A stretch of 64,000 nucleotides of DNA from an uncultured Planctomycetaceae bacterium (GTDB lineage: Bacteria > Planctomycetota > Planctomycetia > Planctomycetales > Planctomycetaceae): contig CAWFAK010000005.1 of the NCBI GenBank assembly GCA_963813715.1, positions 1,461,110-1,525,109 on the forward strand, given 5' to 3'. A program made the translations under genes and the position numbers. Shown here in pieces: positions 53,997 through 64,000 of the stretch. The notes beneath the pieces were generated by a model. That model was not told the origin of the DNA, ran no database searches, and worked only from the letters and a program-made list of their open reading frames with translations. Numbering within the stretch: the stretch's first letter is position 1; the number at the start of each line of letters is the position of its first letter.

Positions 53997-55473
53997 TTAG
54001 CCAAAGCTCGCTCGTAAACGCGGACGTACTGCAAGGCACTGTTGCGCCAGCTCCAATCCTGGTTCATGCCGGCGCGGACGAGTCGCATCCATTCCAATTT
54101 GTCGGAGAACAGGGCCAGGGCCCGTTCGATTGCCTGCATCATGGCCTCGGCCGAGTAGTCGGTGAAGGCGAAGCCAGTCGCCGTGCCGTGCGCCAGGTTC
54201 TGCGGGATTGGCGTCGACCACCGAATCGGCCAGTCCGCCCGTCGCGCGGACGATGGGCACGGTGCCGTAGATCAGGCTGTACATCTGGTTGAGGCCGCAC
54301 GGCTCGAACCGGCTGGGCATCAGAAACAGATCAGCCCCCGCCTCGATGCGGTGGGCCATCGCGTCGTCGAAGCCGATGCGGACGGCGACCTTCTCGGGCA
54401 GGTTTTTCGCGAGTTCCGTCAGCCAGCCTTCGTACTTGGCATCGCCGCTGCCCAGCACGCACAGCTGGACGTCCTTGGAAGAAAGTCGATCGGCCGCCTG
54501 CGCGACCAGGTCGAGTCCTTTTTGATCCGTGAGACGGGTCACCATCGCAAACAGCGGCACGTCGTCCGCCGTCGGCAGGCCGAATTCACTTTGCAGGGCC
54601 CGCTTGCAGGCCCTCTTGCCTTCGTCGACGTCGGCAATCGAGAAGTTGGCCGGCAGCGCCGGATCGGTTTGCGAGTTCCAAATCTTGGTGTCGACGCCGT
54701 TGAGAATGCCCACCAGGTCGTTGCGCCGCGAGCGGAGGACGCTGTCCAGTCCGTAGCCGAACTCGGGCGTTTGAATCTCGCGGGCATAAGTTGGGCTGAC
54801 GGTGGTCACCATGTCGGCGAAGACAAGCCCCGTCTTCAGCAGATTGAGCTGGTTGTAAAACTCCATCTGATGCAAATTGAAGTATTTCCAGTCGAGCCCC
54901 GTCAGCAGCATGTCCCAGTGCCAGAACAGTCCCTGAAAGGCCATGTTGTGGATCGTGAAGACCGACGCGGTCGTGTCCGTGACGTTCGGCCCGCGGCCTT
55001 CGATCGCCAACAGCGCGGGGATCAACGCGGTCTGCCAGTCGTTGGCATGAATGATGTCGGGACGCAGCCGCAGTTGTTGCGCGAGCGTCGTCACGGCCCG
55101 GCTGAGGAACACGAACCGTTCACAGTTGTCGCGATAGTCGGAGCCGCCCGTCGTGTACAGAGAGGGCCGATCGTAGTAGCGTCGGCTGATCGATCAGGAG
55201 CACGGTTACGGCGGAACCGGGCAAGCGCGCCCGCAGCACGCCGGCCGACACGTGCCGCGCGCCGATCGGCACCTCGATGTGAACGCCTGTCGGCTCGACG
55301 CCGATGCCGTTGGACTTGGCCCCGTGGCTCATCGCCTGCGGATAGTGGGGCAGCACCAGCCAAACGCTGTGCCCCAGCTCGGTGAGCGCGGTCGCCAGGG
55401 CGGTGGCAACGTCGGCCAGCCCGCCCGTCTTGGCGAACGGGACCGCCTCCGAACTGGCGATGACGATTCGCAT
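53997..55473 (-). CDS. glgA: Glycogen synthase, frameshifts near 55175 and 54205; 3' end uncertain
   Basis: PFAKTGGLADV, HANDWQT, TIHN, RLTDQKG, PSRFEPCGL, TGGLADSV. Confidence 0.92.
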
Positions 55474-55874
55474 TGGACTCTGTCTTCCCGAGAGACAGGC
55501 TCAGTTTTCTGCGAGGCGGCCTCCGCCCAACGGCGAACGCCGGCCCTCGCGCCCCCCATGTGCCGAACCGTGCTCGGGCAGAAACCGACGAGCGATTCTC
55601 GTGCCCAGGCGACAAAGTCTGCCGCGGCTGCGTAATCCCTTTTATCGGCAAGCGCGCAAAGGTCTCTTTACTCTGTTCCGTCGAAGCGGGCTGCCGACCG
55701 CGTACGTATCGTAGGGAGAGGCAAATTGTTATGTCAAAGGCACGCCGCGACCGACTCCCCAACTCCGGTGCGGCGGCCCTATAATCGATGCCGGCTCTAC
55801 AGCCGGCTCTATAATCGAGGCCGTCTACAATTGAGGCAGATCGCTCCTTTCTCCTCCCCTCTCCGAAGCCTCCC

Positions 55875-57246
55875 GTGAACCGTCCCGAAGCCGAACGCGA
55901 CAAAAGCCAGTGGGATCTCGCCGCCGAGACGGTGACGGTCCGCATTCGCTGGTTCGGACTGTGCGTCGGCTACGTGCTGGTGAACTTCATCGATCGGGAC
56001 GCGGGCAACCGCACGATCCTGAACGCGATCCTCACGCTGGGCGCGCTCTACGCGATCATCGACACCGTCTGGAGCCTGCGGGGCAAGGTCTTCCTGGCCC
56101 AGTTTCCGCTGGCGATTTCGCTGATGGAGGCCGTGTTCATCGGCCTCTTGTGCTACTTCGATCGTCACGGGGTCGAGAGCCCGTTCCGCTTCTACTACTT
56201 CCTGTCGCTCTTGGTCTGCGCAATCCGCCACTCGTCGGCCATCACGTACGCCACATTCGCGTTGCACGCCATCAGCTTCAGCTTTCTGACGCTGAGCCCG
56301 GAATTCGGCAGCCGTCAGGACGTGACCACTTTCGCGCTCACGCTGATCTTGCTGGGCTGGGGCACTTGGGGAAGCATGGCACTCTCGAACCTGTTGAAGT
56401 CGACCAGCCGCCGCCTGGGCGAGCTCAACACCGAGCTGCAGAGACAATCAGCGGCTCCTCGAAGAGCGCATCCGCGAGCGAACGCAGGAGCTGCAAGAGT
56501 CGCAGGCGCAGCTCGTCCAGCAGGAAAAGCAGGCGGCCTTCGGCCTGTTGGCCGCCGGCATCGCCCACGAAGTCGGCAACCCGCTGGCGGCGATCAGCTC
56601 GCTCGTGCAGATGCTCAAGCGACGACAGAACGATTCGTACACCGGCGAGCGGCTCTCGATGGTCGACGACCAACTCCGCCGCATCCAACGCACGCTCCGC
56701 GAGCTGGTCGACTTCAGCCGGCCCGCCACCAAGGATCGGCGGCTGTGCGACATCCACGAAGTGCTCGACGCGGCCCTCAACATCGCCAAGTACTACAAGC
56801 GCAAAAAAGGCAAACGCATCGTCACCCGCTACGCCGACGGGCTCCCCAAGCTCCGCGTGGTTCGCGACCAGCTGGTGCAGGTCTTCTTGAACCTCGTGCT
56901 CAACTCGCTCGACGCGACGGAGGAAGGGGGCACGATCGAGCTGACCACCGAGCTGAAGGACGGCTGGATTCGCGTGGTCGTCCGCGACGACGGCGGCGGC
57001 ATCCCCGCCGAACATCAGGCGGCCATCTTTCAGCCCTATTTCACGACCAAAGAAACCGGCACCGGGCTGGGGCTGTTCGTCTGCCGCAACATCCTCGAAG
57101 AATCGGGCGAGGGGCGGATCGAGCTGACCCAGACTTCGAGCGAAGGAACGACGTTTACCGTATTCGTCACTTGCGACAACGTCCGCAGCTGGCCCGACGT
57201 GCCGCCGGCGCTAGCCGCGTCGACTGAGGAAGTTTCCGCAACCTGA
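55875..57246 (+). CDS. Membrane sensor histidine kinase (NtrB-like), frameshift near 56445
   Basis: Multi-TM N-terminus; AHEVGNPL, QVFLNLVLN, DDGGGI, FTTK.TGTGLGL. Confidence 0.9.
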
Positions 57247-57265
57247 CTGTTTCGTTTGGATAACC

Positions 57266-58657
57266 GTGTCCACTTCGCCCCCCGTCTCCGACCACCTTCG
57301 GCAGCCGCAGAGGCCTGTGAAAACCAGCCGCTCGATCCTGATTGTCGAAGACGAGGAAATCATCCGCACCACGCTGCGGGAGTTCCTCACGGGCGAGGGC
57401 TATACGGTCGCCGACGCCGGCACCGTCGCCGACGCCCTCAAGCTCGCCCGGCAGCGCGACTTCGACGTCGCCATCTGCGACGTGCAGCTGCCCGACGGCG
57501 ACGGCCTCGCGCTGTTGCGCCGCCTGCAGCAGGTGAATCTCGAAACGTCGGTGCTGGTGATCACCGCGTACGCGACGGTTGAAAACGCGGTCGAGGCGTT
57601 CAAGGCGGGGGCGTTCGACTACCTCGTCAAGCCGGTGATCTTCGAGGATCTCGCCAACAAGCTCGACCGCCTCTACCGCTATCGGCAGCTCTATATCGAG
57701 AACCAGGTGCTGCGGCGCGAGCTGGCCCGCCGGGGCGATTTCGATCAGATCGTCGGCTCGAGCAAGGTGTTGGCCGACCTGCAGGAGACGATTCGCAAAG
57801 TCGCCGTCACCAACTCGAACGTGCTGCTGGTCGGCGAAACGGGAACCGGCAAAGAACTCTTCGCTCGCGCGATTCATGCCGCCGGCCCCAAAGGGGACGA
57901 AAAATTCCTCGCGGTCAATTGCGGCACGCGGCCCGTCGAACTGCTCGAGACTCAGCTCTTCGGCTCGAGCACGGGCCCCGGCACCGATCGGCAGGGCATC
58001 TTCCGCCACGCCGGCGAGGGCACCGTCTTTCTCGACGAAGTCTCGCAGCTGCCCCTCGGCACGCAGTCGGAGCTGCTGCGGGCGATCGAATACGGCGAAA
58101 TCATGCCGGTCGGCGGCTCTGAAACGGTCCGCGTTCAGGCCCGCATCATCGCCTCCACCACCCGCGACCTGATGCGCGAAGTCGCCGAAAGCCGCTTCCA
58201 GGAAGACCTCTTCTACCGGCTCGACGGCGTGAAGATTCACATTCCCGCCCTTCGCGAGCGGCTCGACGACGTTCCCGAGCTGGTCGACTTCTTCATCGGC
58301 AAGCACTCGCGGGCGATGGGCAAGCGCGTCACCGGCGCCACGAGCGAAACCATTCGCCTGTTGATGGCCGCCCAATGGAAAGGGAACGTCCGGCAGCTCG
58401 ACAATGCTGTCGAGCGGGCCGTGATGATGTGCGACGACACGCTGATCGAACCCAAAGATCTGCCGCCCGACCTCCTGGGCATCGGCCAGCCCCTGCCCGA
58501 CACGGACGACCTGCGGACGGCCCTGCGGCACTACGAGCGGCTGCACATCTCCCGCGTGCTCCGGCAATGGCCCGACAAGCGCGAAGCGGCCAAGCGGCTC
58601 AAGCTGGGGCTGTCGAGCCTGTATCGCAAGATCGAAGAGCTGGGCATCGATCTGTGA
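57266..58657 (+). CDS. NtrC-family response regulator (REC-AAA-HTH) lacking GAFTGA
   Basis: ILIVEDE receiver, GETGTGKE, FLDE, DLFYRL, WKGNVRQL, SLYRKI HTH. Confidence 0.92.
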   Translation: MSTSPPVSDHLRQPQRPVKTSRSILIVEDEEIIRTTLREFLTGEGYTVADAGTVADALKLARQRDFDVAICDVQLPDGDGLALLRRLQQVNLETSVLVITAYATVENAVEAFKAGAFDYLVKPVIFEDLANKLDRLYRYRQLYIENQVLRRELARRGDFDQIVGSSKVLADLQETIRKVAVTNSNVLLVGETGTGKELFARAIHAAGPKGDEKFLAVNCGTRPVELLETQLFGSSTGPGTDRQGIFRHAGEGTVFLDEVSQLPLGTQSELLRAIEYGEIMPVGGSETVRVQARIIASTTRDLMREVAESRFQEDLFYRLDGVKIHIPALRERLDDVPELVDFFIGKHSRAMGKRVTGATSETIRLLMAAQWKGNVRQLDNAVERAVMMCDDTLIEPKDLPPDLLGIGQPLPDTDDLRTALRHYERLHISRVLRQWPDKREAAKRLKLGLSSLYRKIEELGIDL

Positions 58658-58681
58658 GCGTCTGACCGGATCGACTGCCGC

Positions 58682-61087
58682 CTAGCGCACGCTCGTCGCG
58701 ACGTCGTCGGCCCGCGCGGTCGTGCCTGCCTCCAACGCCTGGTTGAGCGCCTCGAGCAACTCGCCCTGCGTGTAGACGCCGGTCAGCACGATCGGCTTGT
58801 TCTGTCGCTCGGCCGGGAAGATCACGGTCAGCGGCACGCCGTCCTGCAGGAACTTGTGCAGCCAGCGCTTGAGCTCCGGCGGCTGCTCGGTGAAGTCGGC
58901 CAGCAGAGGCACGATATCGTGCTGCTCGACAAACGCCTGAGTGGCTTTCGTATTGAGCGCGATGCCTTCGTTGGTGTGGCACGTGGCACACCATTCGGCC
59001 GTGAAGTCGATCAGCACCGTCTTCTTGCTCTTCAAGAGCGCGGTCAGTCGCGATTCCGAAAACGGCTCCCAGTGCAGGCGGTGCTTGTTCTCGGCCGCGA
59101 GCCCGTAACCGATCCAGCAGATGAGCAAGGCCAGGAAGAGCGCGATCACGCGGACGGTCATCTTGTGCCGGATGTGAGAATTGATGTCGTACAAATTCCC
59201 GATCATCCACAAGCCGAGCGCCACGCCCAGCAACATCACGAGGGCCGGAATGGTGTAGCGTTTGTCGGTGTAGTAGATGATGAAAATCACCGAGCCCAAC
59301 AGGACGAAGCCGGCGAATTCTTTCAGACGGATCATCCACGTGCCGGGCTTGGGAAGCCAGCCGATGAGCTTGGGAAAGAGTCCCAGCACCAGGTAGGGGA
59401 AGGCCATGCCCAGACCCATCACGCCCCAAACCAGGTAGACGACGTGCGTCGGTTGGCGAATCGACCAGCCGACCGCGGTCGCCATGAACGGGCCCGTGCA
59501 GGGAGTGGCCAAAAGCGTGGCGAAGATGCCCGTCATCACGGCCCCGGGCAAGCCCTCGCGATGGCTGCCGCCGGCCGCCGATCCGACCATTCCCGGCACC
59601 GGAATCTCGAACACTCCCAACAGGCTCAGCCCCATCGCAAAGACGAGACACGCCATCACCAGGTTAAAGCGGGTGTCGGCAAACAGTCCGCCCCACGAAA
59701 GGTCGGCGGACGAAAATCCCAGGCGCGTGCCGACAGAAAGTGTGGCGAGCACGAAGAACACCGCCAGCACGCCGGCCGAATAGGCCAGATTCAAGAGGAA
59801 GATCCGCGAGCGGCTCTCTCCCGCCTGCTGCACGAAGCTCAACACTTTGATGGCGAGCACCGGCAACACGCAGGGCATCACGTTGAGCAGCATCCCCCCA
59901 AAGAATGCGCCTAGCAGGTAGAACCACAGCGATCCCGCCTCACTCACGTAGGTGCCGTCCGGGATCAATTCGGTGTCGTCGGCGAGCGGCGCGGCAGGTT
60001 TGCCGGCCCCCTTGAGATCGCCCAGGCTGAAGTTCACCGTCTTAGGCGGCAGACACGTCGCTTCGTTGCAGACGCCGTAATGAATGCTGCCCGAAACGCC
60101 GAAATGCGTCTCCTTCCCCGTGGGCTGGTACTTGAACCGCCGCGTCCAGGTGATTTCTCCGTGGTAAACCTCTTTCGGGTCGAGACCGGCGACCGCCCCT
60201 TTGGTGCTGACTTCCGGCTCGCGCGACGGCCGAAAACGCTCGCCGATCGGCACGAGGTTCTTGGTCAACTTCAGGTCGATCTGTGTGGTCGTCGAACCGA
60301 CCGCTTCTTTCTGCGTCGTCGAATAAGTGTGCCAATCCGGATCGAGCGCCATCGTCACGGCCAGCGTCACGTCGTCGCCCGGCTTGGGATCCTCGGGGCT
60401 CAGCGTGAAATGCAGCTTTACATGTCCCGACTGCCCTCCGAACCCTTTCGGCTCGACCGTCTGACTGAGATTCGAGGTCGGCGTGGCCGCGGGCTCATCC
60501 GCATCGACGGCCAAGGCCACCAGCCGAGTCTTGAACGGCTTGCTGAAGACGCGGCAGCCCTTCGCATTGCAATACTTGAGATCGACCAGGCCCGACACGT
60601 GCACGTCGGCGGCCTGCTCGGCCGTCATCTTGTATTGCCGTAGCCAGGTGACGCCGCGCTCGAACTTCTCGACCGGTTTGCCGGTGCTGTCCTCGGTGAC
60701 GATCTTGGGCGCGTGGTCCGCCTCGAACTCGCCCAGCGGTGTCAGGCCGCTCGCGTCGTTGACGTCGATCTTCGTCGCGCCGAGTCCGCCCGGATTCGTG
60801 GAATAGGTGTACGAATCGCCCGGCACGCCAACCGTCACGGCCAGCGTGACAACGTCGCCCATCTTGGCCGTCGTCGGCACCAGTCCCGCGCGGACGGTGG
60901 GCAACTGGTCCTCCGCCGCGTGCCCATCGGGCACCTCGCCCAGCAGGGCGGTCGGCTTGGCCGGTCCCAGCACATTTTCCAGCCGCAGCTTTTCACCCGG
61001 CGGCGGCGCGGACCGGGCCACGCGGCAGGCAAAGGCGATGGCGATGATCAAAACCGCCGACGGGGCGAACGAGACGACTCTGCGCAT
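58682..61087 (-). CDS. DsbD-like thiol:disulfide interchange protein
   Basis: Two N-terminal domains with Cys pairs; NVMPCVLPV and ATPCTGP membrane Cys; C-terminal DFTAEWCATC thioredoxin. Confidence 0.9.
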   Translation of the reverse strand: MRRVVSFAPSAVLIIAIAFACRVARSAPPPGEKLRLENVLGPAKPTALLGEVPDGHAAEDQLPTVRAGLVPTTAKMGDVVTLAVTVGVPGDSYTYSTNPGGLGATKIDVNDASGLTPLGEFEADHAPKIVTEDSTGKPVEKFERGVTWLRQYKMTAEQAADVHVSGLVDLKYCNAKGCRVFSKPFKTRLVALAVDADEPAATPTSNLSQTVEPKGFGGQSGHVKLHFTLSPEDPKPGDDVTLAVTMALDPDWHTYSTTQKEAVGSTTTQIDLKLTKNLVPIGERFRPSREPEVSTKGAVAGLDPKEVYHGEITWTRRFKYQPTGKETHFGVSGSIHYGVCNEATCLPPKTVNFSLGDLKGAGKPAAPLADDTELIPDGTYVSEAGSLWFYLLGAFFGGMLLNVMPCVLPVLAIKVLSFVQQAGESRSRIFLLNLAYSAGVLAVFFVLATLSVGTRLGFSSADLSWGGLFADTRFNLVMACLVFAMGLSLLGVFEIPVPGMVGSAAGGSHREGLPGAVMTGIFATLLATPCTGPFMATAVGWSIRQPTHVVYLVWGVMGLGMAFPYLVLGLFPKLIGWLPKPGTWMIRLKEFAGFVLLGSVIFIIYYTDKRYTIPALVMLLGVALGLWMIGNLYDINSHIRHKMTVRVIALFLALLICWIGYGLAAENKHRLHWEPFSESRLTALLKSKKTVLIDFTAEWCATCHTNEGIALNTKATQAFVEQHDIVPLLADFTEQPPELKRWLHKFLQDGVPLTVIFPAERQNKPIVLTGVYTQGELLEALNQALEAGTTARADDVATSVR

Positions 61088-61548
61088 GAGTGACGCCCTA
61101 TTGGGATTTTCTCAGCACCCAGGCAGACATTACGTCGCTGGAGCGAAAAATGGGGGGTTCAAATTGCCTCGACCGCCGCAGGGTCGACCGGGTCAGTGTC
61201 GACCGGCTTCAGCTCGCGCGTCCGAACGCGGGCCAAACGGCCTGAATCCCGCCTCGGTTTCCGATGATATTCGATTTGCGATAAAACGGTAAATGCGGAC
61301 AGGCTTTGGGATTCCGCATTGCCCCAAATCTGGAAAAATGGCTAAGATTCCGCGCCTCCGCGAGTTACCGGCCTTGCCCGAAGTCTGTCCTTCCTGAAGT
61401 CTTTACCCTGTGACCGGTTTGTCAACTATTTAAATGCCGGCTCAGTTGTGCGTCCGCAGAGGGAACTTCGCGCACAACCTCGCTCCTCTTGTTCGCTCAT
61501 TTCCCGGCTGCACTTTGGTTTCGGCGCCGGCCCTCGGAGAAACACACG

Positions 61549-64000
61549 ATGTGTAACAGGCGATCGGTCACGCGACTGCTCTTGGGAACGATGCTCCTGG
61601 CAGCCGGATGGAGCGACCGGGCGATCTGCGATGACGCGGTCAACCTGCAGGCGCCTCCCGGATTTGCGGTCACTCAATACGCCGACGACCAGTTGGCGCA
61701 CGACGTCTTCTCGCTGACGTTCGACGCCTTCGGTCGTGTCGTCGTCTCCGGCCCGGGCTACGTGCGGATCCTGGTCGACTCGAACCACGACGGCGTCGCC
61801 GACACTTACAAACAATTCGCCGACGGCCCGGCCACCGGCGCGCAAGGCATGTGTTTTCGCGGCCGCGACCTGATCTGCACGGGCGATGCCGGCCTGATCC
61901 GCTATCGTGACGCCAATGCCGACGATCGCGCCGACGGGCCTCCCGACGTCTTTCTGAAGTTGAAGACCGGCGGCGAACACCACGCGCACTCCGTCCAGCG
62001 CGGCCCCGACGGCTGGTGGTACGTCATGATCGGCAACGATGCGGGCATCACGTCGGACTACGTGAAGCTCAAGAGTTCGCCGATCAAGGAGCCGCGGGCC
62101 GGCTGCATTCTGCGACTGCGCCCCGATCTGTCGGGCGGCGAAATCATCGCCGACGGCCTCCGCAATTCGTACGACTTTGCCATCAATGGGGCGGGCGACT
62201 TCTTCGTCTTCGACAGCGACAGCGAACGGGAAGTCTCGCTTCCCTGGTATCGGCCGATCCGCGTGATGCACGCGCTCCCCGGCAGCGGCGCCGGCTGGGT
62301 CAGCCAGAATTGGATCCAGCCCGATCATTATCTCGATATGCCGGGCGTCGTCGCCTCGTTTGGCCGCGGCTCGCCGACGGGCGTCGTTTGCTACCAGCAC
62401 ACGCAGTTCCCCCACCACTACCGCGGTGCCTTGTTCGTCCTGGATTGGACCTTCGGCCGAGTGCTCGCCGTGCCGCTGCGGAAATTCGGCGGCAGCTGGA
62501 CCAGCACGCCTTACGCCTTTATCGCGCCGAAGGGCGACTTCGGCTTCGCCCCCACCGATGCCGAAGTCGGACCCGATGGCAGCCTTTACATCTCCGTCGG
62601 CGGGCGCGGCACGCGCGGCGGCGTTTATAAGGTGACCTACGTCGGCGATCACCCGCAGACGACCTCGGTCGTGCTGACGTCCGGCGAGCATCAGACTCCA
62701 GACAGCGAAACCGCGGGCAATCGCACTTCGAACGCCAAGCCAACCGCCCCGACGAAACCAGCCGCGCCGAATCAAAAGCCGTCGGGCGACCAAAAAGTGT
62801 CGACCGATCTCAAAAACGTTCCGGCACCCTCGCATCGACGTCAATTGAATGTCACGCCGGCCCACGCGCAGGATTCCCTCACCATCTGTCTAACCGCTCT
62901 GCAGCCGCAGAGTGCCTGGTCGCGCAATCGTTCGGCGCCCATCGCCAAGAACCTCGGCCGCGACGCCCTGCTGGCGGCCTGCGTCGATACAGTGCGACCA
63001 GTCGCGCAGCGGGTGCGGGCCATCGAAATCGTCACCGAATTTTTCGGCGGCCTGGACACGGCTTCGCTCGACGCGCTGGCGAACGATCCTTCGTCGCCCG
63101 TACGGGCGCGGGCCATCTGGTCCGCGGGCCGTTCTGCGAAGCCGTACGCGGCTCTCTCGTTCAAGCCCTACGTGGAAGACCGCGACGCATCGGTGTCTCG
63201 CGCGGCTCTCGAAGCGCTGTGGACGGCTCAAGTGGCCGGCTCGTTCGACTTGTTGCTGCCGGCCGTCGTCGGTCGCCTGGGCGATGACGATCGGACGGTC
63301 CGCTTTGCCGCCGCGCGCTTGCTCAGCCGTCTCGACGATGCCGAGGCGACCGGCATCTCGCTCACGCTGGACCCGTCGAATCCGTCGAGCGAGATTTGGT
63401 TCGCCTTCAGCCGCTGCCAGCGGGGCACGCAGCTCAACCTGTCGGCGCTCGACCGGGCGATCAAAGTCTTCGCCCGCACCGAGTCGCCGTCGCTGCGACT
63501 CGAGGCCGTCCGCGTGATGCAGATCGCTCTGGGTGACTGCGGCCCCGGACGCTCCGTCGCCCCGATGTTCGACGGCTACACCAGCCGCGTCGACCTCAAG
63601 CCGCACGAGCGAGAACTGGACCCGCTGCGGATTCGCGTGGCACAACTCTTCCCGACGAAGAATGCGGAAGTCGACTACGAGCTGGCCCGCGTGATTGCCA
63701 TGTTGCAGCCGCTTAACTCCGGTCTGCTCGATCGCGTGCTGGCGCAAATCTCCGAGAAGTCGAACCCGGTCGGCGATATCCATTACCTCTGCGTGGCCGC
63801 CAGCATTCCGGTCGACCGCACGTCGTCGCAATCGAAGCAGATCGCCCAGGCGTTGGTCGAGCTCGAACCGAAGATCGCCGCCCACAAGCTCAACCAGGAC
63901 CGCAACTGGGACGATCGCGTCGGCGAGATGTACAAGCGGCTGGTCGCGCTCGACGAAGACTTGCCGCGCGACATTGTCAACGACAAGCAATTCGGCCGGC
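61549..64000 (+). CDS. PVC-type membrane-bound dehydrogenase / beta-propeller + HEAT protein (putative heme-binding), truncated by the window end
   Basis: Translated by hand from ATG 61549: MCNRR...LQAPPGFAVTQYADD, DSNHDGVAD, GPDGWWY, GLRNSYD, VGPDGSLY. Absent from the ORF track because it runs off the window. Confidence 0.82.
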   Translation, partial: MCNRRSVTRLLLGTMLLAAGWSDRAICDDAVNLQAPPGFAVTQYADDQLAHDVFSLTFDAFGRVVVSGPGYVRILVDSNHDGVADTYKQFADGPATGAQGMCFRGRDLICTGDAGLIRYRDANADDRADGPPDVFLKLKTGGEHHAHSVQRGPDGWWYVMIGNDAGITSDYVKLKSSPIKEPRAGCILRLRPDLSGGEIIADGLRNSYDFAINGAGDFFVFDSDSEREVSLPWYRPIRVMHALPGSGAGWVSQNWIQPDHYLDMPGVVASFGRGSPTGVVCYQHTQFPHHYRGALFVLDWTFGRVLAVPLRKFGGSWTSTPYAFIAPKGDFGFAPTDAEVGPDGSLYISVGGRGTRGGVYKVTYVGDHPQTTSVVLTSGEHQTPDSETAGNRTSNAKPTAPTKPAAPNQKPSGDQKVSTDLKNVPAPSHRRQLNVTPAHAQDSLTICLTALQPQSAWSRNRSAPIAKNLGRDALLAACVDTVRPVAQRVRAIEIVTEFFGGLDTASLDALANDPSSPVRARAIWSAGRSAKPYAALSFKPYVEDRDASVSRAALEALWTAQVAGSFDLLLPAVVGRLGDDDRTVRFAAARLLSRLDDAEATGISLTLDPSNPSSEIWFAFSRCQRGTQLNLSALDRAIKVFARTESPSLRLEAVRVMQIALGDCGPGRSVAPMFDGYTSRVDLKPHERELDPLRIRVAQLFPTKNAEVDYELARVIAMLQPLNSGLLDRVLAQISEKSNPVGDIHYLCVAASIPVDRTSSQSKQIAQALVELEPKIAAHKLNQDRNWDDRVGEMYKRLVALDEDLPRDIVNDKQFGR

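Noticed and set aside
7942..57246. Mass pseudogenisation or programmed frameshifting (mutS, serC, mutM, glgA, GH57, SDR, creatininase and others)
   Set aside because: Single-base shifts hit many unrelated core genes whose motifs are otherwise intact and in which I saw no in-frame decay. This fits indel errors in a long-read assembly. It needs read polishing, so it is not treated as biology.

Overview
High-GC bacterial DNA, very likely from a planctomycete. The markers are a PVC-type dehydrogenase/heme protein, a DUF1598-like protein, a giant PQQ beta-propeller protein and Cys-rich beta-barrels. Most of the window is ordinary chromosome: thiC, rarD, mutS, prs, serC, pyrE, an L,D-transpeptidase, mutM, a glgA-GH57-galT-GH57 glycogen cluster, two-component systems and a DsbD-like protein. 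Many genes are broken by single-base frameshifts, most likely long-read assembly errors. Three things stand out. (1) At about 37.9-43.0 kb, with a solitary outlier at 21.9-22.3 kb, there is a cassette-like array of co-oriented, mostly tiny membrane-protein genes. Nearly all start inside a shared DNA motif, (CCGCTAGAA)TGACGGC-ATG. Several are followed by a 37-bp element with 7-bp inverted arms, a fixed 23-bp spacer and a compensatory arm change. The layout is integron-like but matches no canonical attC, and no integrase is present in the window. (2) A complete IS110/IS1111-type element (24486-25885) sits inside a REP-like repeat. Its 3' non-coding region carries four short segments matching both the target site and the element's own circle junction, i.e. 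a readable candidate bridge/seek RNA. (3) A FapF-like beta-barrel gene is paired with a FapD-like C39 peptidase gene, with no amyloid subunit nearby. All calls come from reading the sequence by eye; no searches were run.
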